Source: Mustelus asterias (lineage: Eukaryota). From it: a stretch of DNA of 64,000 nucleotides. The stretch spans positions 62,001-126,000 of the forward strand of contig NW_027590139.1 of NCBI RefSeq assembly GCF_964213995.1, given 5' to 3'. Under the pieces are notes generated by a model. The model worked only from the letters and a program-made list of their open reading frames with translations. It was not told the origin of the DNA and made no database searches. Position 1 is the stretch's first letter; every line of letters starts with the position of its first letter. Both the position numbers and the translations under genes were made by a program. Below, one piece after another: positions 1 through 11,296 of the stretch.

Positions 1-1300
1 CCTGTCTAATCCAGTTTGATGTTTATTAGTTTCTCTGAGATTCCCTCTCACTATTCTGAATGCATTTGCCTTAACAGCATTCGGTGGTAGTGAATTCCAC
101 ACATTCACCACACTCTGAATAAATTTCTCCTCACCTCAGCTCCAAAAGGTTTGTCCCTAATCCTAAAACTATAACCCCTAGTTCTCGACTCCCCCACCAT
201 CGGTAACATTCTTTCCGAATCGACCCTGCCTCATTCTGTTAGAATTTAACATGTTTCTACGAGGTCCCCTCTCACTCTACAAGTTTCCTTTGAATATAAT
301 CCTAACCAATCTAATCTCTCCTCATATGACAGACCTGCCGTCCCAGGAATCAGCTCGGTAAACCGTCGCTGTACTTCCTCTATAGCAAGGACATACTACC
401 TCAGATAAGTACACCGAAATTGTACAAAAATGTCCAGGTGTGGACTCACCAATGCTCTATAAATTGCAGCAAATCGTCCCTATCTCGAAATAGGAATCAT
501 CTCGCTATGAAAGCTTCCAGACCATTTGGCTCCATTACTGACTATTGTACCTGCCTGGTTCCTTGCAGTGAATGATGCACGAGGAGACCAAGGTTTTGAT
601 GAGTATCCACCTCCCTCAATTTACATCCATTCAAGTAATAACTTGTCCTCCTAATATTCCTCCCAGAGTCGATATCCTCACCTTGATCCACATTAAACTG
701 CATCTGCCATGCGTATGACCACACCCTCAGCCTGTCCAAATCATGCTGAATATTCTCTGCATCCTCCTTACAGTTCACGCTCCCACCCAGCTTTGTACCA
801 TCTGCAAATTTGGAGATGATGCGTTCAGTAACCTTCTGGAAGACTAAATAAACCACATCCACTGGTTCCCCTTGGACAACTCTACTATTTCCACCCTCAA
901 ACAATTGCAAGATATTCCAATCATGATTTCCCTTTAGTAAATCCATGCTGACTTTGTCTGATTATGGCACTGCCTTCCAAATGCCGAGTTATGAAATCCT
1001 TGAAATTTGACTCTTGCAACTTCCCCAGCACCGACGTTAGACTCACTGGTCTATAGTTCACTATTTTTTTCTCTACGTCCATGTCTGAATACCGGGCTTG
1101 CATGAGCTACCCTCCAATCCGTGGGAACCAGCCCAGAGTACAATCAAATTGTAAAATAACCACCATTGGATATGCTATTCTCAGGAAGACTTCCTTAAGT
1201 ACTCTGGGATGAAGATTATCAGGACCTCGAGATTGATCCACCTTCAAACCCATCATTTTCCCCAAAACCATTTCTCTACAAATTCAGATTTCCTCCAGCT
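1..1300 (-). mobile_element. Degenerate CR1 LINE ORF2/3' fragment
   Basis: Minus ORFs 921..1103 (NYRPVSLTSV, QSQHGFTKGKS) and 542..946 (ISKFADGTKLGG, WQMQFN) match the RT of the intact CR1s in this window but are frameshifted. Confidence 0.85.
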
Positions 1301-3851
1301 TCTCTCTAAAACGTGTTCCTCTCAGAAGTTTTGCCACGTTATTCATGTCTTCCTTTCTGAAGATCGAAGCAATGTACAATTTAATTCCTCAGCTATTACT
1401 TTGTTCCCCCTTATGGGAGCTCCCATTTCTGACTGCAAAGTTCCTAGTTTGTCAATCTGTTTCTCTTTACATACCGATAGATATTTTTTTAAAAGTCAGT
1501 TGTCATGTTCCACGGTAGATTACTTTCCTCCTCTATTTTTCTGTCCTTAATCAATCCCTTGTTCCTCCCAAGAGGCTGGATTGTTAAACAGCGATTTTTG
1601 TGAGGGTGAATCTGTGATGACGTGTTTTAGCTTTTCACCAATTCACACCTATACTTGTGATTTAAACCTGGCTGCTCCCACATTGCAGTGCGATTGTGGG
1701 ATCTTGCTGTGCATGATGACCAGCAGCATTTCTGAAATGACACAGGAACATTTTATTTTCCTCACAGCCCCGCTAACCCTCCTGCTGCTGACCTTAATCT
1801 ACACACCTTGGACATTGAGACATCTGCTCAGGGGATAAAGTTTCTTCTCAACTATCCGATCTACGTTCCTCTTACTTTTGTACACGTCCGTGGCGACCAC
1901 GCTCAGTGTTCACTGTGTTAAGGAAAGCAACCCTCACCTCACCAGACTGTCTTCACTGCAGAAAAACTACGGCCCAGGTAACATCCTGGTGAATCTCCTT
2001 TGCATTCCTTCCGGAGCAATCACATCCTCCGTCTAGTGAGGCTACCAGAACTCCTCACAGTATTCGCGCTGAAGACAACTGAGCCTTTCATACATCTCCA
2101 TCATGACCTCCCTGCTTCTGCCTTCGACACATCGGCTAATAAAGAAAATTGTCATGTCTGCGTTCTTAAGCATGTGATCATCAGAAGTTACCAACTGGAA
2201 TGGAAAACAATAGAAGGTTTATGCTTTTTCTTGAGTTTAAACAGAAACTAAATTTTAAAAAATCTAAAGAGCAGTTGTCCAGTCACAACCTCAACATTAA
2301 AAAAAATGAACTAACTCCCAAAGAGTAAAAAAATGCGTCAAGTAACACAGGCTGTGATAAAGGGCATTCAGCACATATTCCAAAATGAAGATCATTCTTG
2401 ACAGATTTCGTTGAATAATTTTAGCAATTATCAGGAATGTTGATGTCCGACACATGACGTTTCTAGATGCCTTCAGTAAGTTAATACTGAACAGGCTCAT
2501 GAGTAATCTCAGTGCAAGTGGAGTTAGAGGAACAGCAGCAGAATGACTCGAAGCTGGCTACAAAGACGCAACACAGGGAATTAAAGGGGTTTTCTCTGAT
2601 TGCTGGAAGGTGGGAAGTGGTTTTCCACAAGGATCAGCGCTGGGATCACTGTCCTTCACCATTTACATCAACAATATGGAATCAGGAAGCAAAATTATAG
2701 ATTCAAAATTTACAAACCAATCCAAAATGAGAATGAGAATGCGCAGAGTGGAAGAATACACCTAAATACAATAACATATTAATAATAAATTATTAACTTG
2801 CAAATTGGTTATTAGAATTGGAAATTAATTTCACCACAGCTCAGTGTCAGGATCTGCATTCTGATCAAAACAATATGTTTCCCAATCACTCTATATGAAT
2901 CAAGTATCTGAATGCTTTCGAGGAGTTTAGGGCTTCAGGTGACCAGATTCACAAATCGCTTTCAGAAGCAACACAGTTTAGACAGAACCACAACAATCCA
3001 GAAAAAAAACATTGGACTTCATTTATAGATTAATGGAAATGTGAACAAACCACAAAATATTTGACAATCACTAAATACTGCACGGTTTGTAATTCGTTTG
3101 TTTAAATATCAGGAACCAGCTGAAACATCTTTCTTTTCAACACAAAGCCGAGGTATGAAGAAATTTCACATCACACACTGACCATCAATCAAAGCCAAAC
3201 TCTTCCTGTTTTCAACATATTCCAAAGATAAAAGACTGAGGCAAGCTCCACAGAATGGACATCTCACTCACCAAATTAAAATAGTATGTATTTAAAATTG
3301 AACCAACTTATTTCATTCCAATTCTTTTCCTGAACGCAATACAATTCTACATGGACAGGTAGTGCCAGATAATAATGGAGACTTCGATCAGATATTCCAC
3401 TCAGGTGAAAGAACCACAATCAGTACAAATTTATACTGACAAATATACCCTGCAATATTTGTTCACTGGTGTCAGGTATTCGATTCTGGTTCGTGACCCA
3501 CATTCAAATTTATATGACATTCTTACTCCCACTAAACATTATTTCAGAGAGATCACCTTCACTGAGGTCCAATCTTACAATAGGTAGGATTGAGTAGTTC
3601 ACTCCTCAATACATTAACTTCATTGAGTCGTGAGCCCGTGAATAACATACAGAGGCTCATTGCCAGTTGATGAAAAGGATTAAAAACACAGAGATATTTC
3701 AAGCCATTTGATTTCTGTAAATTACATCGTTGACCTGGTGTCTTTTTCACAGTGACCACGAGATCAGCATGGAGCATTTTCACTCAGAGTTTAGAATCAG
3801 AGAGCCGTTCACACACAGATTTACACAACCTCTATGGTTAGAGTCACTCAC

Positions 3852-3918
3852 CAGGAACACCAATAATGGCAATGATTGGGTAGATTATTTTCTCAGCTCT
3901 CTCAACTGGATCCAGCAT
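3852..3918 (-). CDS. First coding exon of a GPR139/GPR142-like GPCR (exon 2 not seen in window)
   Basis: Minus strand reads MLDPVERAEKIIYPIIAIIGVP plus 1 nt, then donor gtgagt. The peptide pattern and phase-1 intron are the same as in exon 1 at 36917-36986 (IYYPVIAAIGVS). Confidence 0.7.
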
Positions 3919-4660
3919 TTCCAGTGTGAAGTGATGTGTCCCTTCGAGCTGCTGCAGTCTCTCTCACTTTAGCATCTGAGGTTATATATTCCCAAAGCCT
4001 TTAATTTATACACTGTGAAGTCACCTTAGGGACATTGTGGCAGCAACCTGGTTTGAAGTTTTTAAAAAAAATATATGAACAAATAGATTACGACATTGAG
4101 TTCAGTGGTGGAAAATATTTATTTTTAGTATTGACTTACTTCTTTCCAGACACTGGATTCTGTTGATCATATTTATCAACTAATAACAAGTGGAAAGATG
4201 CTGTCCACTCAAACACCATCAGTCCCACCTCGAGATCTCAGATAGTTTCAGTGATATCTATCACTGGACTGTGACATTTCAGAAATTGAGTTTCAATTGT
4301 GACCGTGTCTCTCTGTGTGGTATTTAACTGTTGATATTCTGTGATGTGATTTAAGTGGGCGAGAGTTTAGCATAAATTGTACAATTCTGTTGATCAATAA
4401 TTTGGAACTATTTAGCCTGCAAATAAATTTGTCTTTTATCCCGAAATCTAATGCAGCTTCTCAAACTGAGAAAATATTCAGAAACAATGGGACATCTCAG
4501 AAAATTCAGGCCCTGCAGCAGATACAAACACATCACCTCTTAGAGCAGTAAAATAACAGATTTAACTGTGACAAGCAATGCACAGGCTCCAAATGACACT
4601 GGACTCGCATCTGATACAGTGTTCAGAAACGTGCTCAGATGTGGAAGGAGAGAGATTGTT

Positions 4661-6482
4661 CCACTGGAGCAAGCTGAGAGGGAGTGATTGGAGGCAGCAG
4701 TGCTGGTGAGAGATTAATTGAATTGTTTATTTATTTAATTAGTCAGCTCGTGTATGTTTTATTTTGGCCTTTACTTTTGCAGTAGTATTTTAAGTTTAAA
4801 GTGAAAACTGGAAGTGGGCTGCTAAGGAGTCTGGGAAGGGTTTTTTAAGCGCGTGAAGTATAAAAGGTAGGCTGCAGTATACAGCGGGCAGCGTCGGGAG
4901 CGGGCAGGGGAGTGCTTGGGAAGCAGAGTGTGAGCTATAAGGCTTTGGCTCACAGGGCTTTGGTAGAAAGGGCGAGCAGAGGTGAGTTTAAATTCATTTC
5001 TGCACTTTCTACCTGGTACTGGCAAGGTATCTAGAGGGGATGGGTGTGCAGGCAGTGCTATGTTCCTCTTGCACTATGTTTGAGGTGAGGGACGACGACA
5101 GTGTCCCTGCTGATTACACCTGTGGGAAGTGCACCCATCTGCAGCTCCTCCAAAATCGTGTTAGGGAACTGGAGCTGGAGTTGGATGAACGTAGGATCTT
5201 TAGGGACGCAGAGGTGGCCATAGACAGAAGCTTTAGGGATACAGTTACTCCGAGGAATGAAAACAGATGGGTGACGGTGAAAGGGGCTGGGAGGAAGCAG
5301 TCCGTGCAGGGATCCCCGGTGGTCGTTCCCCTTAGCAACAAGTATTCCGCTTTGGATACGGTTGAGGGGGATGAAATACCAGTGATGAGCGGCAGTGAGA
5401 GGATCTCCAGCACTGTGTCCGTCTCTGTGGCTCGGGAGGGTAAGGGGCAGAGCGGGAGGGCAATAGTTATTGGGGACTCGTTAGTTAGAGGGATAGATAG
5501 GAGGTTCTGTGGCAGCAAAAGAGACTCACGGATGGAATGTTGCCTACCGGATGCGAAGGTCCGTGACGTCTCAGACCGTGTTTTCTGGATTCTGAAGGGG
5601 GAGGGGAAACAGTCACAAGTCGTGGTACACATTGGTACCAATGACATAGGTAAGAGAAGGGACGGGGATTTAAAGCAGGAATTTCTGGAGCTGGGCTGGA
5701 AGCTGAGAGCCAAGACAAAACATGTGGTCATCTCTGGTACGTTGCCGGTGCCACGTGATAGCGAGTTGTGGAACAGGGAGAGAGTGCAGTTAAACATGTG
5801 GTTGCAGGGATGGTGTAGGAGGGAGGGATTCAGATACGTGGATCATTGGAACACATTCTGGGGAAGGTGGGATCTGTACAAACAGGATGGGGTGCACCTG
5901 AACCAGAGGGGCACCAATATCCTAGGAGGGAAATTTGTTACGGCTCTTCAGGGGGGTTTAAACTAATTTGTCAGGGGAGTGGGAAAAGGAGTTGTAGTCC
6001 AGAAGTCAGTGAGGGTGGTGAGGTATTGGGGAAGGTATCAGGGTCAAGGGTCGGTACCGGTAGACAGGAAGGTGGGTTGAAGTGTGTCTACTTCAATGCA
6101 AGGAGCATCCGGAACAAGGTAGATGAACTTGGGGCGTGGATTGGTACTTGGGACTACGATGTTGTGGCCATTACGGCGACGTGGGTAGAACAAGGACAGG
6201 AATGGTTGTTGGACGTTCCGGGGTATAGATGTTTCACTAAGTGTAGGGAAGCTGATAAAAGAGGTGGAGGAGTGGCATTGTTAATCAAAGATAGTTTAAC
6301 GGCTGCGGAAAGGCACTTCGAGGGGGATCTGCACACTGAGGTAATATGGGCTGAGGTTAGAAATAGGAAAGGAGCGGTCACGTTGTTAGGAGTTTACTAT
6401 AGGCCCCCAAATAGTAATAGAGATGTGGAGGAAGAAATTGCTAAGCAGATTATGGATATGTGTGGGGGGCACAGGGTAGTTG
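4661..6482 (+). mobile_element. 3'-truncated CR1 LINE, family A (5'UTR, ORF1, start of ORF2)
   Basis: Close match to 6590-8410. It breaks off inside the APE domain at GGHRVVV. Confidence 0.9.
5040..5966 (+). CDS. CR1 ORF1p (zinc-finger/leucine-zipper plus SGNH esterase)
   Basis: CSSC..CGKC, LELEL zipper, and the SGNH blocks IVIGDS, VHIGTND and DGVH. Confidence 0.9.
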   Translation: MGVQAVLCSSCTMFEVRDDDSVPADYTCGKCTHLQLLQNRVRELELELDERRIFRDAEVAIDRSFRDTVTPRNENRWVTVKGAGRKQSVQGSPVVVPLSNKYSALDTVEGDEIPVMSGSERISSTVSVSVAREGKGQSGRAIVIGDSLVRGIDRRFCGSKRDSRMECCLPDAKVRDVSDRVFWILKGEGKQSQVVVHIGTNDIGKRRDGDLKQEFLELGWKLRAKTKHVVISGTLPVPRDSELWNRERVQLNMWLQGWCRREGFRYVDHWNTFWGRWDLYKQDGVHLNQRGTNILGGKFVTALQGGLN

Positions 6483-6966
6483 TTTTTCAAGTTTAAAGTG
6501 AAAACTAGAAGTGGGCAGCAAAGGAGTCTGGGAAGGGTTTTTATTTTAACTTTAAAAGTCAGTTACCTGGGAGGTTCCCCCTCATTGATCCACTGGAGCA
6601 AGCTGAGAGGGGTGATTGAAGGCAGCAGTGCTGGTGAGAGATTAATTGAATTGTTTATTTATTTAATTAGTCAGCTAGTGTGTGTATTGTTTTGGCCTTT
6701 ACTTGAACAGCAGTTTTTCAAGTTTAAAGTGAAAACTAGAAGTGGGCAGCAAAGGAGTCTGGGAAGGGATTTTTAAGCGCGTGAAGTATAAAAGGTAGGC
6801 TGCAGTATACAGCGGGCAGCGTCGGGAGCGGGCAGTGGAGTGTGTGGGAAGCAGAGTGTGAGCTATAAGACTTTGGCTCACAGGGCTTAGGCTGAAAGGG
6901 CGAGCAGGGGTGAGTTGAATTCATTTTTGCACTTTCTACCTGGTACTGGCAAGGTATCTAGAGGGG

Positions 6967-7893
6967 ATGGGTGTGCAGGCAGTGCAATGTTCCTCTTGCA
7001 CTATGTTTGAGGTGAGGGACGACGACAGTGTCCCTACTGATTACACCTGTGGGAAGTGCACCCATCTGCAGCTCCTCCAAAACCGTGTGAGGGAACTGGA
7101 GCTGGAGTTGGATGAACTTAGGATCATTAGGGACGCAGAGATGGCCATAGACACAAGCTTTAGGAATACAGTTACTCCGAGGATTGAAAACAGATGGGTG
7201 ACGGTGAGAGGGGCTGGGAGGAAGCAGTCCGTGCAGGGATCCCCGGTGGTCGTTCCCCTTAGCAACAAGTATTCCGCTTTGGATACGGTTGAGGGGGATG
7301 ACATACCAGTGGGGAGCCGCAGTGAGAGGATCTCCAGCACTGTGTCCGTCTCTGTGGCTCGGGAGGGTAAGGGGGAGAGCGGGAGGGCGATAGTTATTGG
7401 GGACTCGTTAGTTAGAGGGATAGATAGGAGGTTCTGTGGCAGCAAAAGAGACTCACGGATGGTATGTTGCCTACCGGATGCCAAGGTCCGTGATGTCTCA
7501 GACCGTGTTTTCCAGATTCTGAAGGGGGAGGGGAAACAGTCACAAGTCGTGGTGCACATTGGTACCAATGACATAGGTAAGAGAAGGGACGGGGATTTAA
7601 AGCAGGAATTTCTGGAGCTGGGCTGGAAGCTGAGAGCCAAGACGAAACATGTGGTCATCTCTGGTACGTTGCTGGTACCACGTGATAGCGAGTTGAGGAA
7701 CAGGGAGAGAGTGCAGTTAAATATGTGGTTGCAGGGATGGTGTAGGAGGGAGGGTTTCAGATACATGGATAATTGGAACACGTTCTGGGGAAGGTGGGAC
7801 CTGTACAAACAGGACGGGGTGCACCTGAACCAGAGGGGCACCAATATCCTCGGAGGGAAATTTGTTACGGCTCTTCAGGGGGGTTTAAACTAA
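6967..7893 (+). CDS. CR1 ORF1p (zinc-finger/leucine-zipper plus SGNH esterase)
   Basis: 308 aa with CSSC/CGKC, GDS, GTND and DGVH motifs. Confidence 0.92.
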   Translation: MGVQAVQCSSCTMFEVRDDDSVPTDYTCGKCTHLQLLQNRVRELELELDELRIIRDAEMAIDTSFRNTVTPRIENRWVTVRGAGRKQSVQGSPVVVPLSNKYSALDTVEGDDIPVGSRSERISSTVSVSVAREGKGESGRAIVIGDSLVRGIDRRFCGSKRDSRMVCCLPDAKVRDVSDRVFQILKGEGKQSQVVVHIGTNDIGKRRDGDLKQEFLELGWKLRAKTKHVVISGTLLVPRDSELRNRERVQLNMWLQGWCRREGFRYMDNWNTFWGRWDLYKQDGVHLNQRGTNILGGKFVTALQGGLN

Positions 7894-10787
7894 TTTGTCA
7901 GGGGAGTGGGAAAGGGAGTTGTAGTCCAGAAGTCAGTGAGGGTGGTGAGATATTGGGGAAGGTATCAGGGTCAAGGGTGGGCACTGGTAGACAGGAAGGT
8001 GGGTTGAAGTGTGTCTACTTCAATGCAAGGAGCATCCGGAACAAGGTAGATGAACTTGGGGCGTGGATTGGTACTTGGGACTACGATGTTGTGGCCATTA
8101 CGGAGACGTGGGTAGAACAAGGACAGGAATGGTTGTTGGACGTTCCGGGGTATAGATGTTTCACTAAGTGTAGGGAAGCTGGTAAAAGAGGTGGAGGAGT
8201 GGCATTGTTAATCAAGGATAGTTTAACGGCTGCGGAAAGGCACTTCGGGGGGGATCTGCACACTGAGGTAATATGGGCTGAAGTTAGAAATAGGAAAGGA
8301 GCGGTCACGTTGCTAGGAGTTTACTATAGGCCCCCAAATAGTAATAGAGATGTGGAGGAAGAAATTGCTAAGCAGATTATGGATATGTGTGGGGGTCACA
8401 GGGTAGTTGTCATGGGGGACTTTAACTTTCCAAATATTGATTGGAACCTTTGTAGGTCAAATAGTTTGGATGGGGCAGTTTTTGTGCAGTGTGTGCGGGA
8501 GGGTTTCCTGACACAATATGTGGATGGGCCGACTAGAGGTGAGGCCACATTGGATTTGGTACTGGGAAATGAACCGGGCCAAGTGTTAGATTTGGTTGTG
8601 GGAGAGCAATTTGGAGATAGTGACCACAATTCGGTGTCTTTTGTTATTGCAATGGAGAGGGATAGGGCCGTACGGCAGGGCAAGGTTTACAATTGGGGGA
8701 GGGGTAATTATGATGCGATTAGGCAAGAATTAGGGGGCATAAGTTGGGAACAGAAACTGTCAGAGAAAGGAACTAATGAAAAGTGGAACTTTTTCAAGGA
8801 ACAAATACTGGATGTCCTTGATAGGTATGTCCCTGTCAGGCAGGGAGGAAATGGCCGAGTGAGGGAACCATGGTTCACAAAAGAGGTGGAATGTCTTGTG
8901 AAAAGGAAGAGGGAAGCTTATGTAGGGATGAGGAAACAAGGTTCAGATGGCTCGATTGAGGGTTACAAGTTAGCAAGGAATGAGCTGAAAAAGGGGCTTA
9001 GGAGAGCTAGGAGGGGACATGAGAAGTCCTTGGCGGGTCGGATCAAGGAAAACCCCAAGGCTTTTTACTGTTATGTGAGGAATAAAAGAATGACCAGGGT
9101 GAGGTTAGGGCCGGTCAAGGACAGTAGTGGGAACTTGTGTATGGAGTCAGTAGAGATAGGCGAGGTGATGAATGAATACTTTTCTTCAGTGTTCACCAAG
9201 GAGAGGGGCCATGTTTTTGAGGAAGAGAAGGTGTTACAGGATAATAGGCTGGAGGAAATAGATGTTCGGAGGGAGGATGTCTTGGCAGTTTTGAATAAAC
9301 TGAAGGTCGATAAGTCCCCTGGGCCTGATGAAATGTATCCTAGGATACTTTGGGAGGCAAGGGATGAGATTGCAGAGCCTTTGGCGTTGATCTTTGGGTC
9401 CTCGCTGTCCACGGGGATGGTGCCAGAGGACTGGAGAATGGCGAATGTTGTTCCTCTGTTTAAGAAAGGGAATAGAAATGACCCTGGTAATTATAGACCG
9501 GTTAGTCTTACTTCGGTGGTTGGTAAATTGATGGAAAGGGTCCTTACGGATGGGATTTACGACCATTTAGAAAGATGCGGATTAATCCGAGATAGTCAGC
9601 ACGGATTCGTGAAGGGCAAGTCGTGCCTCACAAATTTGATAGAATTTATTAAGGAGGTAACTAAGTGTGTTGATGAAGGTAGGGCAGTTGATGTCATATA
9701 CATGGATTTCAGTAAGGCGTTTGATAAGGTCCCCCATGGTCGGCTTATGATGAAAGTGAGGAGGTGTGGGATAGAGGGGAAGTTAGCCAATTGGATAGGT
9801 AACTGGCTGTCTGATCGAAGACAGAGGGTGGTGGTGGATGGAAAATTTTCGGATTGGAGGCAGGTTGCTAGCGGAGTGCCGCAGGGATCAGTGCTTGGTC
9901 CTCTGCTCTTTGTGATTTTTATTAATGACTTAGAGGAGGGGGCTGAAGGGTGGATCAGTAAATTTGCTGATGACACCAAGATTGGTGGAGTAGTGGATGA
10001 GGTGGAGGGCTGTTGTAGACTGCAAAGAGACATAGATAGGGTACAAAGCTGGGCTAAAAAATGGAAAATGGAGTTTAACTCTGATAAATGTGAGGTGATT
10101 CATTTTGGGAGGCCTAATTTAAATGTGGATTACAGCGTCAAAGGTAGGGTTCTGAAGACTGTGGAGGAACAGAGAGATCTTAGGGTTCATATCCACAGAT
10201 CTCGAAAGGTTGCCACTCAATTGGAGAGAGCTGTGAAGAAGGCCTATAGTGTGTTAGCTTTTATTAACAGGGGATTGGAGTTTAAGAGCCGTGGGGTTAT
10301 GCTGCAACTGTACAGGACCTTGGTGAGACCACATTTGGAATATTGTGTGCAGTTCTGGTCACCTCACTATAAGAAGGATGTGGAAGCGCTGGGAAGAGTG
10401 CAGAGGAGATTTACCAGTATGCTGCCTGGTTTGGAGGGTAGGTCTTATGAGGAAAGGTTGAGGGAGCTAGGGCTGTTCTCTCTGGAGCGGAGGAGACTGA
10501 GGGGAGACTTAATAGAGGTTTATAAAATGATGAAGGGGATAGATAGAGTGAATGTTCAAAGACTATTTCCTCGGGTGGATGGAGCTATGGCAAGGGGGCA
10601 TAACTATAGGGTTCGTGGTGGGAGATATAGGAAGGATATCAGAGGTAGGTTCTTTACGCAGAGAGTGGTTAGGGTGTGGAATGGACTGCCTGCAGTGATA
10701 GTGGAGTCAGACACTTTAGTAACATTTAAGCGGTTATTGGATAGGCACATGGAGCACACCAGGATGATAGGGAGTGGGAGAGCTTGA
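7884..10787 (+). CDS. CR1 ORF2p (APE endonuclease plus reverse transcriptase); 5' boundary set at the predicted frameshift site
   Basis: APE motifs YFNARS, ITETW, GDFN and SDH. RT motifs NYRPVSLTS, YMDFSKAFD, GVPQGSVLGP and FADD. The frame is open from 7773 (non-ATG), and the first in-frame ATG is at 8379. Confidence 0.92.
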   Translation, partial: FKLICQGSGKGSCSPEVSEGGEILGKVSGSRVGTGRQEGGLKCVYFNARSIRNKVDELGAWIGTWDYDVVAITETWVEQGQEWLLDVPGYRCFTKCREAGKRGGGVALLIKDSLTAAERHFGGDLHTEVIWAEVRNRKGAVTLLGVYYRPPNSNRDVEEEIAKQIMDMCGGHRVVVMGDFNFPNIDWNLCRSNSLDGAVFVQCVREGFLTQYVDGPTRGEATLDLVLGNEPGQVLDLVVGEQFGDSDHNSVSFVIAMERDRAVRQGKVYNWGRGNYDAIRQELGGISWEQKLSEKGTNEKWNFFKEQILDVLDRYVPVRQGGNGRVREPWFTKEVECLVKRKREAYVGMRKQGSDGSIEGYKLARNELKKGLRRARRGHEKSLAGRIKENPKAFYCYVRNKRMTRVRLGPVKDSSGNLCMESVEIGEVMNEYFSSVFTKERGHVFEEEKVLQDNRLEEIDVRREDVLAVLNKLKVDKSPGPDEMYPRILWEARDEIAEPLALIFGSSLSTGMVPEDWRMANVVPLFKKGNRNDPGNYRPVSLTSVVGKLMERVLTDGIYDHLERCGLIRDSQHGFVKGKSCLTNLIEFIKEVTKCVDEGRAVDVIYMDFSKAFDKVPHGRLMMKVRRCGIEGKLANWIGNWLSDRRQRVVVDGKFSDWRQVASGVPQGSVLGPLLFVIFINDLEEGAEGWISKFADDTKIGGVVDEVEGCCRLQRDIDRVQSWAKKWKMEFNSDKCEVIHFGRPNLNVDYSVKGRVLKTVEEQRDLRVHIHRSRKVATQLERAVKKAYSVLAFINRGLEFKSRGVMLQLYRTLVRPHLEYCVQFWSPHYKKDVEALGRVQRRFTSMLPGLEGRSYEERLRELGLFSLERRRLRGDLIEVYKMMKGIDRVNVQRLFPRVDGAMARGHNYRVRGGRYRKDIRGRFFTQRVVRVWNGLPAVIVESDTLVTFKRLLDRHMEHTRMIGSGRA

Positions 10788-11223
10788 TCTTGCTTTCAGA
10801 TAAAGCTCGGCACAACATCGTGGGCCGAAGGGCCTGTTCTGTGCTGTACTGTTCTATGTTCTATGTTCTAAACAAGTACAGAGTCAAGGAAAATAGAGAG
10901 GAAGAGGAGGAAAGAACAAGCGGTCTTTTGATCGGATGGAAGGCTGGAGTGATTGAATTACAGTGAAGCTGATTATTGTTCCCACTGACACAATCTCGCT
11001 GATCTGGGTTTAAATCTCATAATAAATGAGATCAAAACCTCTCGCTGAGTTCAGGGCGAAACTCCCCGCCTTCCAGTGAACTGGAGGCAGTTTTCAGTCA
11101 GAAACCCACAACTGTGAGATAAACAACGCAGAAAGGAGAAAGATTCAGTTTGAGCGGTGACACTTCTGGAGGAACGGAGATCTGGAATTCACCCAGGAAT
11201 GAGGCAAAGTTTAAAAACAGTGC

Positions 11224-11296
11224 TGCCCAACGTGGAGCTCGAACCCACGACCCTAAGATTAAGAGTCTCATGCTCTACCGACTGAGCTAGCCGGGC
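11224..11296 (-). tRNA. tRNA-Lys(CTT)
   Basis: GCCCGGCTAGCTCAGTCGGTAGAGCATGAGACTCTTAATCTTAGGGTCGTGGGTTCGAGCTCCACGTTGGGCA, 73 nt, near-canonical. Confidence 0.9.

Larger units (their letters stand above)
6590..10870 (+). mobile_element. Full-length CR1 LINE, family A, both ORFs intact
   Basis: 5'UTR, ORF1, ORF2, 3'UTR hairpin (ggccgaagggcc) and a (GTTCTAT)n tail at about 10851-10870. Confidence 0.95.

Noticed and set aside
5114-10033. Long minus-strand ORFs (5114..5797, 7041..7844, 9596..10033 and similar at 41.6-44.6 kb)
   Set aside because: They are antisense shadows of CR1 coding sequence with no independent motifs.
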